This document shows positions 48,401 through 60,645 of a stretch of DNA of 64,000 nucleotides, one piece after another (within the stretch, counting starts at the first letter, position 1; each line of letters starts with the position of its first letter). Source of the stretch: Malacoraja senta (lineage: Eukaryota); contig CM075988.1 of assembly GCA_038087875.1 (NCBI GenBank), positions 15,500,001 through 15,564,000 on the forward strand, in the 5' to 3' direction. Below the pieces are notes generated by a model. That model searched no databases. It was not told the DNA's origin and saw only the letters and a program-made list of their open reading frames with translations. Both the position numbers and the translations under genes were made by a program.

Positions 48401-51400
48401 TTGGGTTAGTACAGGGTGTTAACAGCTGGGTAAGAGTGAGCTATCTATTGTTCCCCTCAGCTGGGAAATGTTACAAAGCACAAGGGCTTGGATGCAGAGA
48501 AACAACATGGCAAAAACCTATTCACTTTAGCCTGCAGCACTGGCTGAAGTTAAAAAGAGAACATAGTTCGGAACTAAAAAAGCATAAGATGTTGGCCCAT
48601 CAACATTTCTAGCAACAGCACACACGCTCTCCAATTATTTCAAGTTTAATGTTCGAAAAATACTATTTTCTAAATCTTTTCATTTCCTTAAAACCCTGAA
48701 GTATGGTAATCATTTGTTCCCTCCTCTTCATGTTTCCTCATCAGAGAGAAACATTTCTCTGAGAGGTGAACAAGTGATGGGAACCAAGATGGTTGCCACA
48801 ACTAACGACAAATGTTTATCCAATTTTATTTACTTCATGCCATAGAAATGCATTCTCCGTTTCAAAAATGCTCTGGTGGAATATCTCCTAGCTTCCCTTT
48901 TTACTCTCCTGGGGACAATTTTAAGTGGATAACAGCGTGTGAAATATTTCATCCATTTAGAATTATTCAATGTCAGAATTCTTCATGTTGTTAAGAGTCC
49001 TTAATTAAATTGGCACACTTCTGCTGCAGAGGGAATGCCACAAATCTCTTAATTTTTAGCATATAATCACTATTATCCAAACAAACTCTTGCTCCCTTTG
49101 ACTTTAAATAATAGAGCTGAATACTCTATTAAACTTCTACAAGTGCATGGTGTAAAACACACTGACTGGTTGCATCATGGCCTGGTTCTGAAATTTGAAA
49201 TTTCAAGAATGAAGGAAGCCACAGAAAGTGATAGACATTGCCCATTCCATCATGGGTACTGACTTCCCCACCAATGAAGTACAACATCAAGAAGGAAGCC
49301 AATATCATCAAACATCCACACCATCCAGGCCCATTCACTTCTCGTTACTACCAGCAAGGTGGTGGTACAGGAGCCAGACAATCATTACCTGCAGCTTCAA
49401 GAACAGCTTCTTTCCATCAACCATCAGGTTATTGAACCACCCTGCACAAGCCTAACCATAACCCCACTGAACCACTATGGATTTTACATTACTATGGCAG
49501 CTCTATGTACTTTTGCTATTACGCAATCATGGTCTAGTTTACTTAGAATAACTGATAATTTATTGTATATCTATTGCTGTTGTTGCTGCTGTTTCTAATG
49601 TGCATATAAAGCTGCAGCAAGTAAGAATTTCATTGTCCCATTTTATATCCAGTGCATATGAGAAATAAACACTTAACACATGTGATTTTGGACAATATTT
49701 ACAGTGACCTAACCTATGTTTTGCACAAGTTTATCACATGTTTGCACTATGAATTCCTTTATGTTTTGTTTATTGACCAATATAATTAACTTGCAATCAC
49801 CCATGAGAATTCTAGAGAGATATATAGAATAAAAGGAAAGATAAAAGCATGAAGTAATGAGAAAGCAAAAGATAGTAAAGAAAATGAAAGAGGTAATGTG
49901 GAGAGAAAGTGAAAAACAAATAACAGGAAAAGATTTAAAAAACAGATAACATTGGTCTCAGCATTAACCCTAGAGTTCTTTCACTCCCAATCTTTAATGT
50001 TATTTTAAAAATAGTTATTAATGTTAGCAAAGCAGGTTAATTTTGGGGGTTGGGGACAAATTAACTCTCATATTATTGAGCCAACAAGTCAAGAAATCCT
50101 ACACTCTCTTCCAAATCTATGTTGTATAAACTGGAGAAGGATTAATGAAGCTCAGCATCAATGGGCTACGTGAGCCATGGGCTCTGATCTTGACTCTATA
50201 TACTTAATACAACGTGCAGGTACTTAAACAAAAGATTAAGTGAAGTAACAGGCTCCATGTTGATGCCTCCACAGTAGTTGATACCTTGCTTATGCTTGCG
50301 GCAGAATTATAGAGACCTTTAGAATCAGCATTTTCAGGGGGAAAAAAAGTTCCAAATGAATGTGTAACACTACAACTGCTAGGAGATCCCTGAAGCTGCA
50401 TCGATACCTGCTAAGTGCTCGGCTGCTCGCTCCCTTTTCCTCCGGTCCTCTTTCTCTTTCCTTAATGTATCTGTCGATACCAGACCAGCCTTACCCCCAG
50501 ATAGCATCTCATTCCCTTGTGACTGAAACACAAGATTTTGTAAGTTCATTTGTTTTTTATGTTAGTAACTTAAAGACAGCAAGATTAAGAACCATCAATG
50601 GCCACATTCAACAGATAAATGATGTTTTAAAGGCCAAATGTTCCTCTTTCCACCCTCTGCCATTAGTTTTCAGCTGTAAATGGTTTGTTTGAGATATTAC
50701 ATGTTTTGGATGAATATGAAATTCCCATTAATTCAATTACGAGAAGAAATGTCGACCGTGACAATTTCAAAAATGAGTGGCATTCCTTCTTAAACTCCTT
50801 TGGAGTTTTGTGCAATCCCATAATGATTCTTTATTGCCATTCAGCCTGACTGGTCTATGCTGGTGCTTACATTCCATACTGGCCCCTTATTATTCAACAC
50901 ACAATGTCATTATTATGTCTTCCGTTCCTTTTTCATGTGATTATCCAGCCTCCCATTAAATTATTCATGGTATCTTCCAATGAGGAGGAATTTCCTTAAC
51001 CAGAAGGTGGAGGATCTTTGGAATTCTTTTCCACAGATGGCTGAAGAGCCCAAGACACTTGATTAGTAAGGACGTCACAGGAAGGCAGGAGAATGGAGTT
51101 GAAAGGGAAAAATAGATCAGCCATGATCGAATGGAGGAATAGAATTGATGGGCCGAATGGCCTAATTCTGCTCCTATGTTTTTGGGTCTATTAAGTCCAC
51201 CTAGTGGTTGTGAGTGGTACTTTCAGCATAAAGAAGTTTCCTCTGAATTCTCAATCCGATTTATAAGTAACAGGTATCAAATCAAGTGGAAATATTTGAC
51301 CACGTATAATTTACAAACCAGGGTTGTTGAAAATGTGGCCCATGGCGACTCTTGGATTGAACCTCGAAAGGGCCACCACTGTGAATGATATTATCAAGTA

Positions 51401-54400
51401 CCACTGCAGAGTTGTGGACAACTTGTACAAGGGAGAGGTGTTGTTGTGGTGGCATGTTGGAGAGAAGATCATTGCTGGAGCAGGTGTTGGTGAAGTGGGG
51501 GCTTCAGCAAGATGATTGCTGGAAACAGGATTGCAAGGGAATGACAATGGTTGGAATGAGAGGATGTGGAAAGATATGGGTGATGAGAAATTGATGGAAA
51601 TGGTGGAGTTTGTGATCAGGAAGATAAATTGGAGGGAGTTATCCATTACAATGTAAAACTAAAGGAAGTACTTATTCGGTGATTCATGACATGGACTCTT
51701 TGGTAGCAAGCAAAGTAAAGGGCCTGTCCCACTTACGTGTCCTTGGCACGCAAATTACGCGACCTCGTGGTCGCGTTGAGGCGCACGGGCATCGTGTGGC
51801 CGTGTGGGTCCCACTGAGAAGCGCGGAGGGGTATGTAGTTGTGCGCGGTATCGCGCGGGACTTCGAAATTTTTGTAGCGAACGAAATCTTCGCGCGCCAA
51901 CGGCCTGTCGCGTAACTGACGGCCAAAGTGGGACAGGCCCAAGACCCTGGCGCGACGCAACGTCTCACCTCCAACAGCAGCAGAAGCAGGCAAACGATCG
52001 CCGAACTCAGCCTGGGGCTCACGGCCGTTGCGGTCCGGATCCGCCCCCACTTCTACTCCCAGAGCAGGACCAGGAAAATTGAAGATAGACACAAAATGCT
52101 GGAGTAACTCAGCGGGTCCGGCAGCATCTCTGGAGAGAAGCAATGGGTGACGTTTCGGGTCAAGACCCTTCTTTCAGACTGAAGAAGAGTCTCGACCCGA
52201 AACGTCACCCATTGCTTCTCTCCAGAGATGCTGCCGGTCCCGCTGAGTTGCTCCTGCATTTTGTGTCCATCTTCAAATGACGTAATTCGCTCCAGACGGC
52301 TGTGCGCACGCATGAAATCGCGCGCGACCTTCGCGGGACCGTCGCGCCTCAACATGACCACGAGGTCGCGTAATTAGCGTGCCAAGGACACACAAGTGGG
52401 ACAGGGGCTTAAGGGTGAAAATGTTTAGCTTTTGTTCAAGCAGGCCTCAACCTTCATATTTGGACATGCTTTGGGCCTTCCATGCACGGCCTTCCATGTA
52501 GTTTTGTAGAAGTACAAAAAAAAGTATAGGACTTCGGCTGACCTGAAAATGGCCAAATGTTGATCACGCTTGTTATACACTCTTCCATAATGTAAGATTT
52601 ATGCAGTTCAAACCTGTCTTCGCTTTCCAAAGGAAACAGCTTTCTTTCTTTCACTTCACTATCCTGATTGCTTCCCAAAACCCTCTCCAACAAAAATCTG
52701 TTGATTGTGGGGGTTTTATATGTATATGTGCATATGTGTATATGTCTGTGTCTCTGTGTGTCTGTGTCTGTGTGTGTATAAATAATGTGTGTGTGAGTAG
52801 ATCCAAACATTTACAAATCCAAGAGAAAAATTCCTTCTCAGCTGTCTTAACTTGGAGACTCGTTATTCCAAAACCTCTAGTTCAAGAGAAACATTGCCTG
52901 AGCATCTACCCTATCAAATCTTTTTCAAAATGTTGTCTTACTAAGATTATCTCTCATTCTTCCAAACACACAGGTATTCGTCCAACCTGTTCAACCTTCC
53001 CTCATCAAACTCAACTTCTAGAATCAACCTCATGAGCATAATTTGAATTTCCTCCAGACATGATATAGATCCTTAAGAAAAATAAAACGGTAGACTGAGC
53101 TCCAAGTGTAGCATTGCAACTGTAGCCTTCCCGACAACACTCTTCCATTAGGAGAGAAAAGTGAAAGAGAAATATATTCCAAAAGTTTCACCGCCAGACC
53201 TTGGCCCTTAGGTTCCCGATTATACATCAGCCAGATCAAAATAAGGCAAATGGAAACCATGTCAGTAGATCCAATATGGAGAACACCATTTACAAAAATA
53301 AGGGGACATTGGGGCAGAGGGGAAGGGGAATAATTGATGGATTCCTATCCTGGTGTACATTGCCATCTACATTCCTGTTCAATTAACCGCACTGGGCAAT
53401 ATCAACATGACTTACAAAAAAATGCTTTAGAAGGGAAATAAATCCAATTCAATACTGCCGAGCTCCAAACCAGTTATCTACAAAGTCTCCTTTATAGACC
53501 ATATTTAATCCTCCCAAAGTGCTCCAAAGCAGCAAACAATATTGGGAGGATCTCACATAGGAATGTCAACACTGACATGACCTGCCTACTGCTCTGCAGG
53601 CTATTACTACATCATACCAGTAGATCAGCACTTGGTCCTACCTTTCTGCTCGGACTTGAGTCTCGACTGACAACTTGTCCCCTTGACGAAGCTTGCTTAT
53701 GGGTACGTTGCCTCTGCTGAGTAGGCGATGGACACGAGTTTCCCGAGGTTTGAATCTCCACCTTTCTGCGTGGTGGCGACAGGTCTGAGTCAGAGGAATG
53801 CTGACCTCCCTTTCGTGGGGGTGAAAGATCAGAATCAGAATCCTTTGCTTTCCGTGATCCTCTTGCTCTTCTGTCCTTGTCTCTCTTTGGGGACAATGCT
53901 AGGTAAGAAAGATTTTCACAATTAAAAGTCAGTATTCTTAAATATATAATTCTGCAAAACCAGGCACAAGCCAGCAACATCTAGACCTCAAGATGGAAGC
54001 CTCGGCCACCCAGGAGATGGAGCAGGCAGTTAATTTAACTATTTTGATGACTTTACATTCAACTTGCATTAAACTTAGCCTTCTTATAAGTATATGTTTG
54101 AACTGGGTAGTGCGAGTTTATACTGCATCTAATATGTGCTGCATCTATCTTAGCATTACTTGAGTTGATAGCAAATGTTAAAAGTGGGAATTGGGTTGCA
54201 GTTTTTCCAATCCAATTCCCCATCTCCTGTTTTCTCTGGGAATTATACTTTATGGGTTGGAGATAGGTTAAAGTCAAAACAGTTTTTTTGCATTTCCAGA
54301 TGATGAAAGATTTAAGGAATCATATATTTTTTCTGCTTGGGGAAATGTCAGGGAGATAATACATACTCTTTCCATGTGACAAGTCTGTTGATCTGATTGA

Positions 54401-57400
54401 TTTTTCAGAGTTTTTCTTCCTTGGAGGTGAAAGGTCAGGAGAATCGTGGTGTCCCTTCTGAAGAGGTGAAAGGTCAGGGGAATCATGCCGTCCCTTCCTA
54501 AGAGGTGAAAGGTCAGGAGAATCATGCCGTCCCCTCCGAGATGGTGAAAGGTCAGGAGAATCATTCCACCTGTCCGGAACAGGTGAAACATCTGATGAAT
54601 CATGGCGTTGTCTTCTGGCCGCGGAGTGGTCAGGTGAAACTGCTCCCACTTTTTTCTTAGAAAGCTGAGAACCGTAATTCATTCCTTTTTCTGGTAGAGA
54701 ATCAATACCTGGTAATGAACTAAAAGAAAAACACACATTTGTGTATCAAAAAATACAGGTTCTTGGTTCAATAACAATGTCAGCACTTTTACTCACTACT
54801 TTAATTATCTACACAATACTTTCTATTAGAGTTTGGCTGTAAAGCAAGTGTACAGGGTGTAAAGGCATCATGTCTTTATCCACTTCAATGCATGTGATAT
54901 GTTTGCTTCTATTCCATCATTAGAAGTCTTGCCTTCAAACATCCAAAGCTTAAGCAAAATTCTCTCTGCAATCAATTTTAGTTCTCCCTCTCCTTCAAAA
55001 AGATTATTGAAACCCAATTATTTTATCAAGGATTTAATCATCCACCCTATCATTTCTTTATCATGGTTTTATAAAGCTCCTGTGAACCATCTTGGGTTGT
55101 CTGGTGTTGTGAAAATGCAAGTTGCTATGCTCATAAAACCCCGAGCTGTAGGTTAATCAATCTATTGTAACCAGGCCCAAAGCAGGCAGTGAATGAAGAA
55201 CTGTGATATACCCATTTGAAGAATCAGCAAATTACTATAAATGCCTGCTGCACCGAAAAAGACCATCTGACTGCTAATGGTATTTACGCTCCAAATCTTC
55301 TCCTACCATCTACCTTACCGCACATTCTTCAGCTTGTTTCTCCCAGGTGTGTATATCGAGCTTCCTCTGAAAATAATCTACTCTATGTACCTCTTTGCTG
55401 ACTTTTCTGATTTCTTTTGAATATTTTAGCATTCATCTTATTTTTCATGACCTTTAGTCATGGATTTCCTCTTCCAATATTTCCCATTATTTATGATATC
55501 TAATGCCTCCAAAATTGGAGGTTTCCTTATAGGAATTAAAGCAAATATTAGATACATCAATAATAGACAAGAGAGCAGCGTCCAGCAATTCAAACTTACC
55601 TGCCAGTTTGTGTTTGTAAAAAAAGGTCTGAGCCCTGTGAGTCTGCATTTTCATCTAAAAGAAAACACAAAAGCATTAATTGCCCTTATAGCAGGCTTGT
55701 GCTTCCCTAATACTTCTTATTAATGGAGACACAAGAGTCTGCAGATGCTGGAATCTAGGGTAAATCACAAACTGCTGTAGGAATTCAGCAGGTTAGGCAG
55801 CATCTGTCGAGGGAAATGGCCAGATGGCACTTTGAATGATGACGCTTCTTCAGTTGAAGGGCCCAACATGAAAAGTCATCAATCCATTTCCCACCATGGA
55901 CACTGCCTGGCCTGCTGAGTTCCACAGCAGTTTGTTTATTACTTCCTTTTAATGGCATTTTATACATTGATAAAGGTTAACTATCGGTGTCTCTATTTGT
56001 CAATTTTCTTGAACTGAGGGGTGTGTGTTGCGGGGAAGGCAAGGAAATCACTAGAATTCACCTGGCAACGTAAATATATGTGGCACTGAATCCAAATTCA
56101 CCTTAACCTAAATGTGAGTATTTAATAAAGTCTTCAAACAAAATGATGGGGAAACACCGTAGTGCCCCAGCTCCAATTACCTGGTTGTATCCTTTAGGAC
56201 AAGAGAGTGGCCATCAAACCAAGTCTATTCGTGATCAGGACTCCAAAGTGATATGTTCAATTCTGAATGGCCCTTTGAAGTAGCCCAACACACTATTTGG
56301 TTCAAGATGGCCCATTAATACTTTGGTACCCGGGAGTGGGTAACAGATTCTGACCATGGCAGCAATGTTGACATTTCAATAATGCATTCAAAAGGGACGC
56401 TGTTGCTTTTGACAGGATTTCAAAATCCACCATGAAACTGATATACAATTATTCATAAAAGTTAACATCATGATTTTACCACATACCGCCTAAAACTTTC
56501 CACTTGCTGGATCGAAATTCTTCCATTTGCTGAATAATTACAGGTCTCTCATCAATTAATTCTGCAACCTAAGAAAGAAGGCTTGGAATGAACATGAAAT
56601 ACAATCTAACATTGACTTTCAGTAACATAATGCCTTTAATGTAGTAAAATGTTCCAAAACATTTTACAGGAACGTCACCAAAATATCTGGCACCAAGCTG
56701 AAAAAAATATTAGGAAAGATGGGGAAAGACTTTGCTTAAAGAGGTAAGTGTTAATGATTTTTTTTTTGAGAAGGGTAGAAAAGTTTAGAAAAGAAATGCC
56801 AGACCCTACAGACTATCTGATGAGAGCACAGCTGCCAGTACAAGATTTACATGAGAAAAGAACTTGAGGAATCAAAAATTAGCTGATACAAGTTAACAAA
56901 GTGGTAATGGGCAAATGGGTGGAAATTAGAATGAATGTGACAGCATTTTGAATCAGTTCAAGTTCATGGAGGGCACAAAGTTGTCCAGGAAAATATAGAA
57001 TTGATGATTCTGAAGTTAAAAAAAGTATCAATTTCTGAAGTTTAAAAAAGAATCAATGAGAATTTCAGCAGTAGATGGGTTGAGGCACAGTAGAAACAAG
57101 CAATTATGCAAAGGTGAAATTAGTTGTTATATCAGATGTTATGTAAGATGTATGCTCCCTATACAAAAAAAGGCTTGCTCCATTCCTTTCTCATCTGAGT
57201 CTGCTGGACTTGCAAGAACTCCAGTGCCCTACATGGCATTGCAATGGCAATCTGATGTTGGGAGATATAGTGCCTTTGAGTAGCAACGTTACAATCCCCG
57301 CGATCAGTGGCGCTCTAGATCTGCCCACTGCCTGTGCGTGCAACTCGAGAGGCTGTGGGGGGTGAGTAAAATGCAGGTTTTTCATTGGTTGTCAGGGAGG

Positions 57401-60400
57401 GATTTCCTCATACGACAAGCTTATGATGTAGAGGAAATCTCGTTCTGTCATCCCGTTCGTGTTTTTTTCCAAAACGTTGCTGGTCTATTGGATTGCTGGA
57501 TTTGAAAGTTGGGCTCAACTTCAACGCCTTCCTAATCACGGAATCAAGTTCAGGACAAAACAAAAGGTATGTAGGACGTTTATTTAGCATCTTATCTAGT
57601 TTTTGGTGTCATTGCATTTAAATGTGATGATGCGAAATAAGTTATTTTGGCCCTGATATCTGCATGTACTGTGGAAGTATTTAGTCATATATTAGTATGA
57701 AAATATTGATCATGGATAGACAATAACACAAAATACGGACAATTTGCATGTTCTTATGACATGATTGTGCAAAAAATAATTTTGATTATCTTGGGAGTGG
57801 ATGTTTGAGGATTTTGAACACATGTCTGTGTAAACAGCCCTTGCTCTCGATCACAGCTGTTGTGTTAAGTTAATGGAAAAACAATAGGGAACAAGATGCT
57901 AATTTCCGAGTATGAAAATGACAATAACTTTTTAAATACTGAAGATATGAAAGTGAATTGGGTATCAAATTAAAGTTTTTTTAATGCTTTACCTGATGGG
58001 ATAAAATTACAGGCTTGATTTTTTTACCTCAACATTTTGTGACATCCCTACTTTGAGAAGCATCAGGTCAAAGCTAACATGTACTGGGACATCAATCATT
58101 GCTACGTTATCATGAATAGCTGCAAGATCAATCAGCACACTTTCTCTTCTTGTTGTCAAGTTCATGGCAAATACAAAATGTGCTCCACTTTAGCTAGGAC
58201 TCAAGGAGTATGCTGAGAAAAATGTGGCACGTCATAACAAGGGCAGGATAATTCACAAACTCAAGGGATTTCCCTACATAAAGATAAATTAACTTTAAAG
58301 GGAATCATACCAGGACCATCCAAAAATCCTTTGCAGCTTTCCCATGTGCAAGGCTGACAAATACTAAGGGAATGGATTGTTCATCTGTCCTCTTCCCAAG
58401 GGAGTGATATCAGGAGGAGTGGATAAAGCAGAGATGGAGCGGACATAGAGGATAATTTTTGCCTCAAGAAGCCATGTTTATCAGTTGAAACAATTCCAGG
58501 AAAGTACAAAACAAAGGCACAACATAAAGAATAAAATATTATTGTGTTGAATTTGCTCCAACACATCTCAGGTAATTTTATACATCATCCCAATACACTG
58601 AAATAAAATAATCCTTCTCTTGCCTTTCGTAATTTTGCTCTCAACCATACAAGAAATTACAGGGATTGCGGATGTAACCCAGACCATCACGCACACCAAC
58701 CTCCCTTCCATGGACTCCATCTACACATCACGCTTCCTCGACAAGTCCAGCAGCATAATCAAGGACCAGCCTCTCCCTGTCACTCCCTCTTCTCCCCTCT
58801 CAAATCAGGCAAGAGGTACATAAGTTTGAAAATCCATACCTCCAGATTCAGGGACAGTTTTCCCCCCAGCAATTATCAGGCAACTGAACCATCCTCTCAC
58901 CAGCTAGAGTGTGGTTCTGACCTCCCATCTACCTCATTGGAGACCTTTCAACTATCCTTAATCAGACTTTATCTTGAACTAAATGTTATACCCTTTATCC
59001 TGATCTGTACACTCTGAACGGCTTGATTGTAATCGTGTATAGGTATTTTCATTGACTGGATAGCACGCAACAAAAACCTTTTAATTGTATCTTGGATCAC
59101 GTGACAATAATAAAGTAAACAAAACGAACTAACTTTTGATGAGGATACTTGGAAGGACATTTGGTAGAGAAAAAGGATATATTTTGGAATTGGTCAAATG
59201 GATGCAGCACATTTTTCAATACTATGCTTCCTGCACCATTCAGTTAGCAGCAATCTTTCAGACTACTATTAAAAATACTATTTGAGTTGCCATGTTATGA
59301 TGTGCCAAGTAAGCCTTAGGGCAGAAAGCAATTTCCAGGAGTAAAATTATCTGCCTATACATACCACAGGAGCTTCATCATCATCACCAGACTCCACCTC
59401 CAATGTATTTTCCCCTGTCGCAAGGCTCTTCCAAGTCACATCATCATCCACAATCCGCATTCTGTGTAATAACAAGGCGAGATTTTCAACTTATTGTGAG
59501 CTAATGTCAGAACCACATCATACAAATGCTTACTAAGAACAATCTTTAAATAGCAAAATAAAAATCCACCTATTACTATGGTTTCTTCCCACATGTCACA
59601 ATCTGTCTGAAGAAGGGCCCCGTCCTGAAAATGTTGCCTATCCATTCTCTCCACAGATACTGCCTGGCTCACTGAATTACTCGAGCACTCCAGTGTTTTG
59701 CTCAAGATTCTAGCATCCTTGTATACTCTCTAGTTTAAGTCCTTAAACAGTGAGGGACAGAGTCCTGGGTAACAGTCCTTCAAACACTTGAAGGATATAT
59801 TGTTCAAAGAGGCCAGACGAATGGCATTAGACAAAAATGCTGGAGAAACTCAGCGGATGCTGCCTCACCTGCTGAATTTCTCCAGCATTTTGGTCTACCT
59901 TCGATTTTTCCAGCACCTGCAGTTCTTTCTTAAAGAAATGAATGGCATTGGTGATTTGTAAATAGTATGACGTACTGATTGCACGGTAATTCTTGTATAT
60001 ATTTTAATGAGGGAAGTGTGTAGGAAGGAACTGCAGATGCTGGTTCAAACCAAAGATAGACACAAAAAGCGGGAGTAACTCAATGGGACAGGCAGCATCT
60101 CTTGAGAGAAGGAATGGGTGACGTTTCGGGTCGAGACCCTTCTTCAGAGTTTGTTTTTGAAATAGAACAACTGCACACGAGGGAAAATCCTGGGCTGAAT
60201 TGCGTCCAGTATAAGGAGCTAAGTTAATAGTGAAGAGTTATAACTGCCTCTCCCCCAGTACTGTGCCTGAACATGGGCCGTTGCCGACACCATTTAAAGC
60301 GGGCGCACCATTAACCGGTCGCAGCCGCGGGTCTCGGCAACCGACGGGGGGGGGGGGGGAGAGGGCGGGACCAGCGCTGCGTTCTTACCCCCCGCCTTTG

Positions 60401-60513
60401 ATCTTCACTTTTCTCTTTTTCCTCCCAGCTGGAAGCTCCTGGTCCCCCCGCTTCCCGGACTCGGAGCTGCTGAGGTACCGCTTCAAATACTCCTCTTTGC
60501 TGAGCGCCGCCAT
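45358..60513 (-). CDS. BUD13: BUD13 homolog (RES complex splicing factor), 11 exons, 527 aa
   Basis: Exons 60513-60389, 59461-59365, 56568-56487, 55654-55600, 54719-54367, 53898-53642, 50522-50408, 48214-48076, 47517-47333, 47191-47110 and 45451-45358 join in frame (1584 nt). MAALSKEEYLKRYLS, GMRIVDDD, RHDSPDLSP repeats, [43 protein letters not shown]. Confidence 0.97.
45652..46112 (+). mobile_element. CR1 LINE 3' fragment
   Basis: LYSLELRRMRGDLIE...TRGHSLRIKG. Confidence 0.8.
47110..47191 (-). CDS. BUD13: BUD13 exon 10
   Basis: [27 protein letters not shown]. Confidence 0.95.
47333..47517 (-). CDS. BUD13: BUD13 exon 9
   Basis: LAQQEQQ...KPLARHIDDEDLDRLLRE...GDPMA. Confidence 0.95.
48076..48214 (-). 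CDS. BUD13: BUD13 exon 8
   Basis: ATTVFRDKLGKKRDL...YAQWGKG. Confidence 0.95.
49120..49680 (+). mobile_element. Rex1/Babar-type LINE 3' fragment
   Basis: Degenerate IIKHPHHPG, FSLLP, FKNSFFPSTIRLLN. Confidence 0.7.
50408..50522 (-). CDS. BUD13: BUD13 exon 7
   Basis: SQGNEMLSGGKAGLVSTDTLRKEKE... Confidence 0.9.
51719..52409. mobile_element. PIF/Harbinger-type MITE with about 65-bp TIRs and TAA TSD
   Basis: TAA|AGGGCCTGTCCCACTT...AAGTGGGACAGGGGCT|TAA; the inverted repeat extends through acgcgacctcgtggtc; carries a nested palindromic element (52078-52276). Confidence 0.85.
52078..52276. mobile_element. Penelope-type palindromic short element nested in the MITE
   Basis: About 95-bp arms centred on cagactg; hammerhead-like motifs on both strands. 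Confidence 0.78.
53642..53898 (-). CDS. BUD13: BUD13 exon 6
   Basis: DSDSDLSPPRK...SSDSDLSPPRR; alternative same-phase donor after 53618. Confidence 0.88.
54367..54719 (-). CDS. BUD13: BUD13 exon 5 (RHDSPDLSP repeats)
   Basis: Characteristic 13-aa repeats; A|GTATGT donor. Confidence 0.9.
54415..54640 (-). repeat. Coding tandem repeat, 39-bp unit (13 aa), about 5-6 copies, in BUD13 exon 5
   Basis: ggtgaaaggtcaggagaatc recurs at 39-bp spacing. Confidence 0.85.
55600..55654 (-). CDS. BUD13: BUD13 exon 4
   Basis: DENADSQGSDLFLQTQTG; needed for phase 1-to-2 continuity; strong splice sites. Confidence 0.8.
56487..56568 (-). CDS. BUD13: BUD13 exon 3
   Basis: VAELIDERPVIIQQMEEFRSSKWKVLG. Confidence 0.93.
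58660..59120 (+). mobile_element. Rex1/Babar-type LINE 3' fragment
   Basis: LPSMDSIYTSR...SIIKD...TSRFRDSF. Confidence 0.7.
59365..59461 (-). CDS. BUD13: BUD13 exon 2
   Basis: MRIVDDDVTWKSL...DEAPV. Confidence 0.93.
60017..60150 (-). mobile_element. Penelope-type half element with the best-preserved hammerhead-like core
   Basis: Minus strand reads CTGAAGA-A-GGGTC-TC-GACCC-GAAACGTC (60147-60120). Confidence 0.7.
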
Positions 60514-60645
60514 GATAATCCCAACCAGCACCGCGCCCGTCACCTAAGCAACGTTAGCGTCATGACGTCCTCGCCACGACATCTTGGTCAAGGAGAAAGC
60601 CGTCATCATCTCCATCTAAAAGGCACCTTCGCCATCTTAGTGAAG
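60270..60645 (-). promoter_or_regulatory. BUD13 CpG-rich promoter and first exon
   Basis: CpG-dense; X-box-like GTCACCTAAGCAAC (60539-60552), CRE-like ATGACGTC (about 60562), YY1 motif CGCCATCTT (about 60630). Confidence 0.6.
60389..60513 (-). CDS. BUD13: BUD13 exon 1
   Basis: MAALSKEEYLKRYLSSSESG...KIKGGG; GG|GTAAGA. Confidence 0.93.

Noticed and set aside
51679-52361. Cluster of overlapping ORFs
   Set aside because: They fall within a GC-rich non-coding MITE.
54415-54640. CRISPR-like regularly spaced repeat
   Set aside because: It is a coding tandem repeat of BUD13 in a eukaryotic genome, with no unique spacers.
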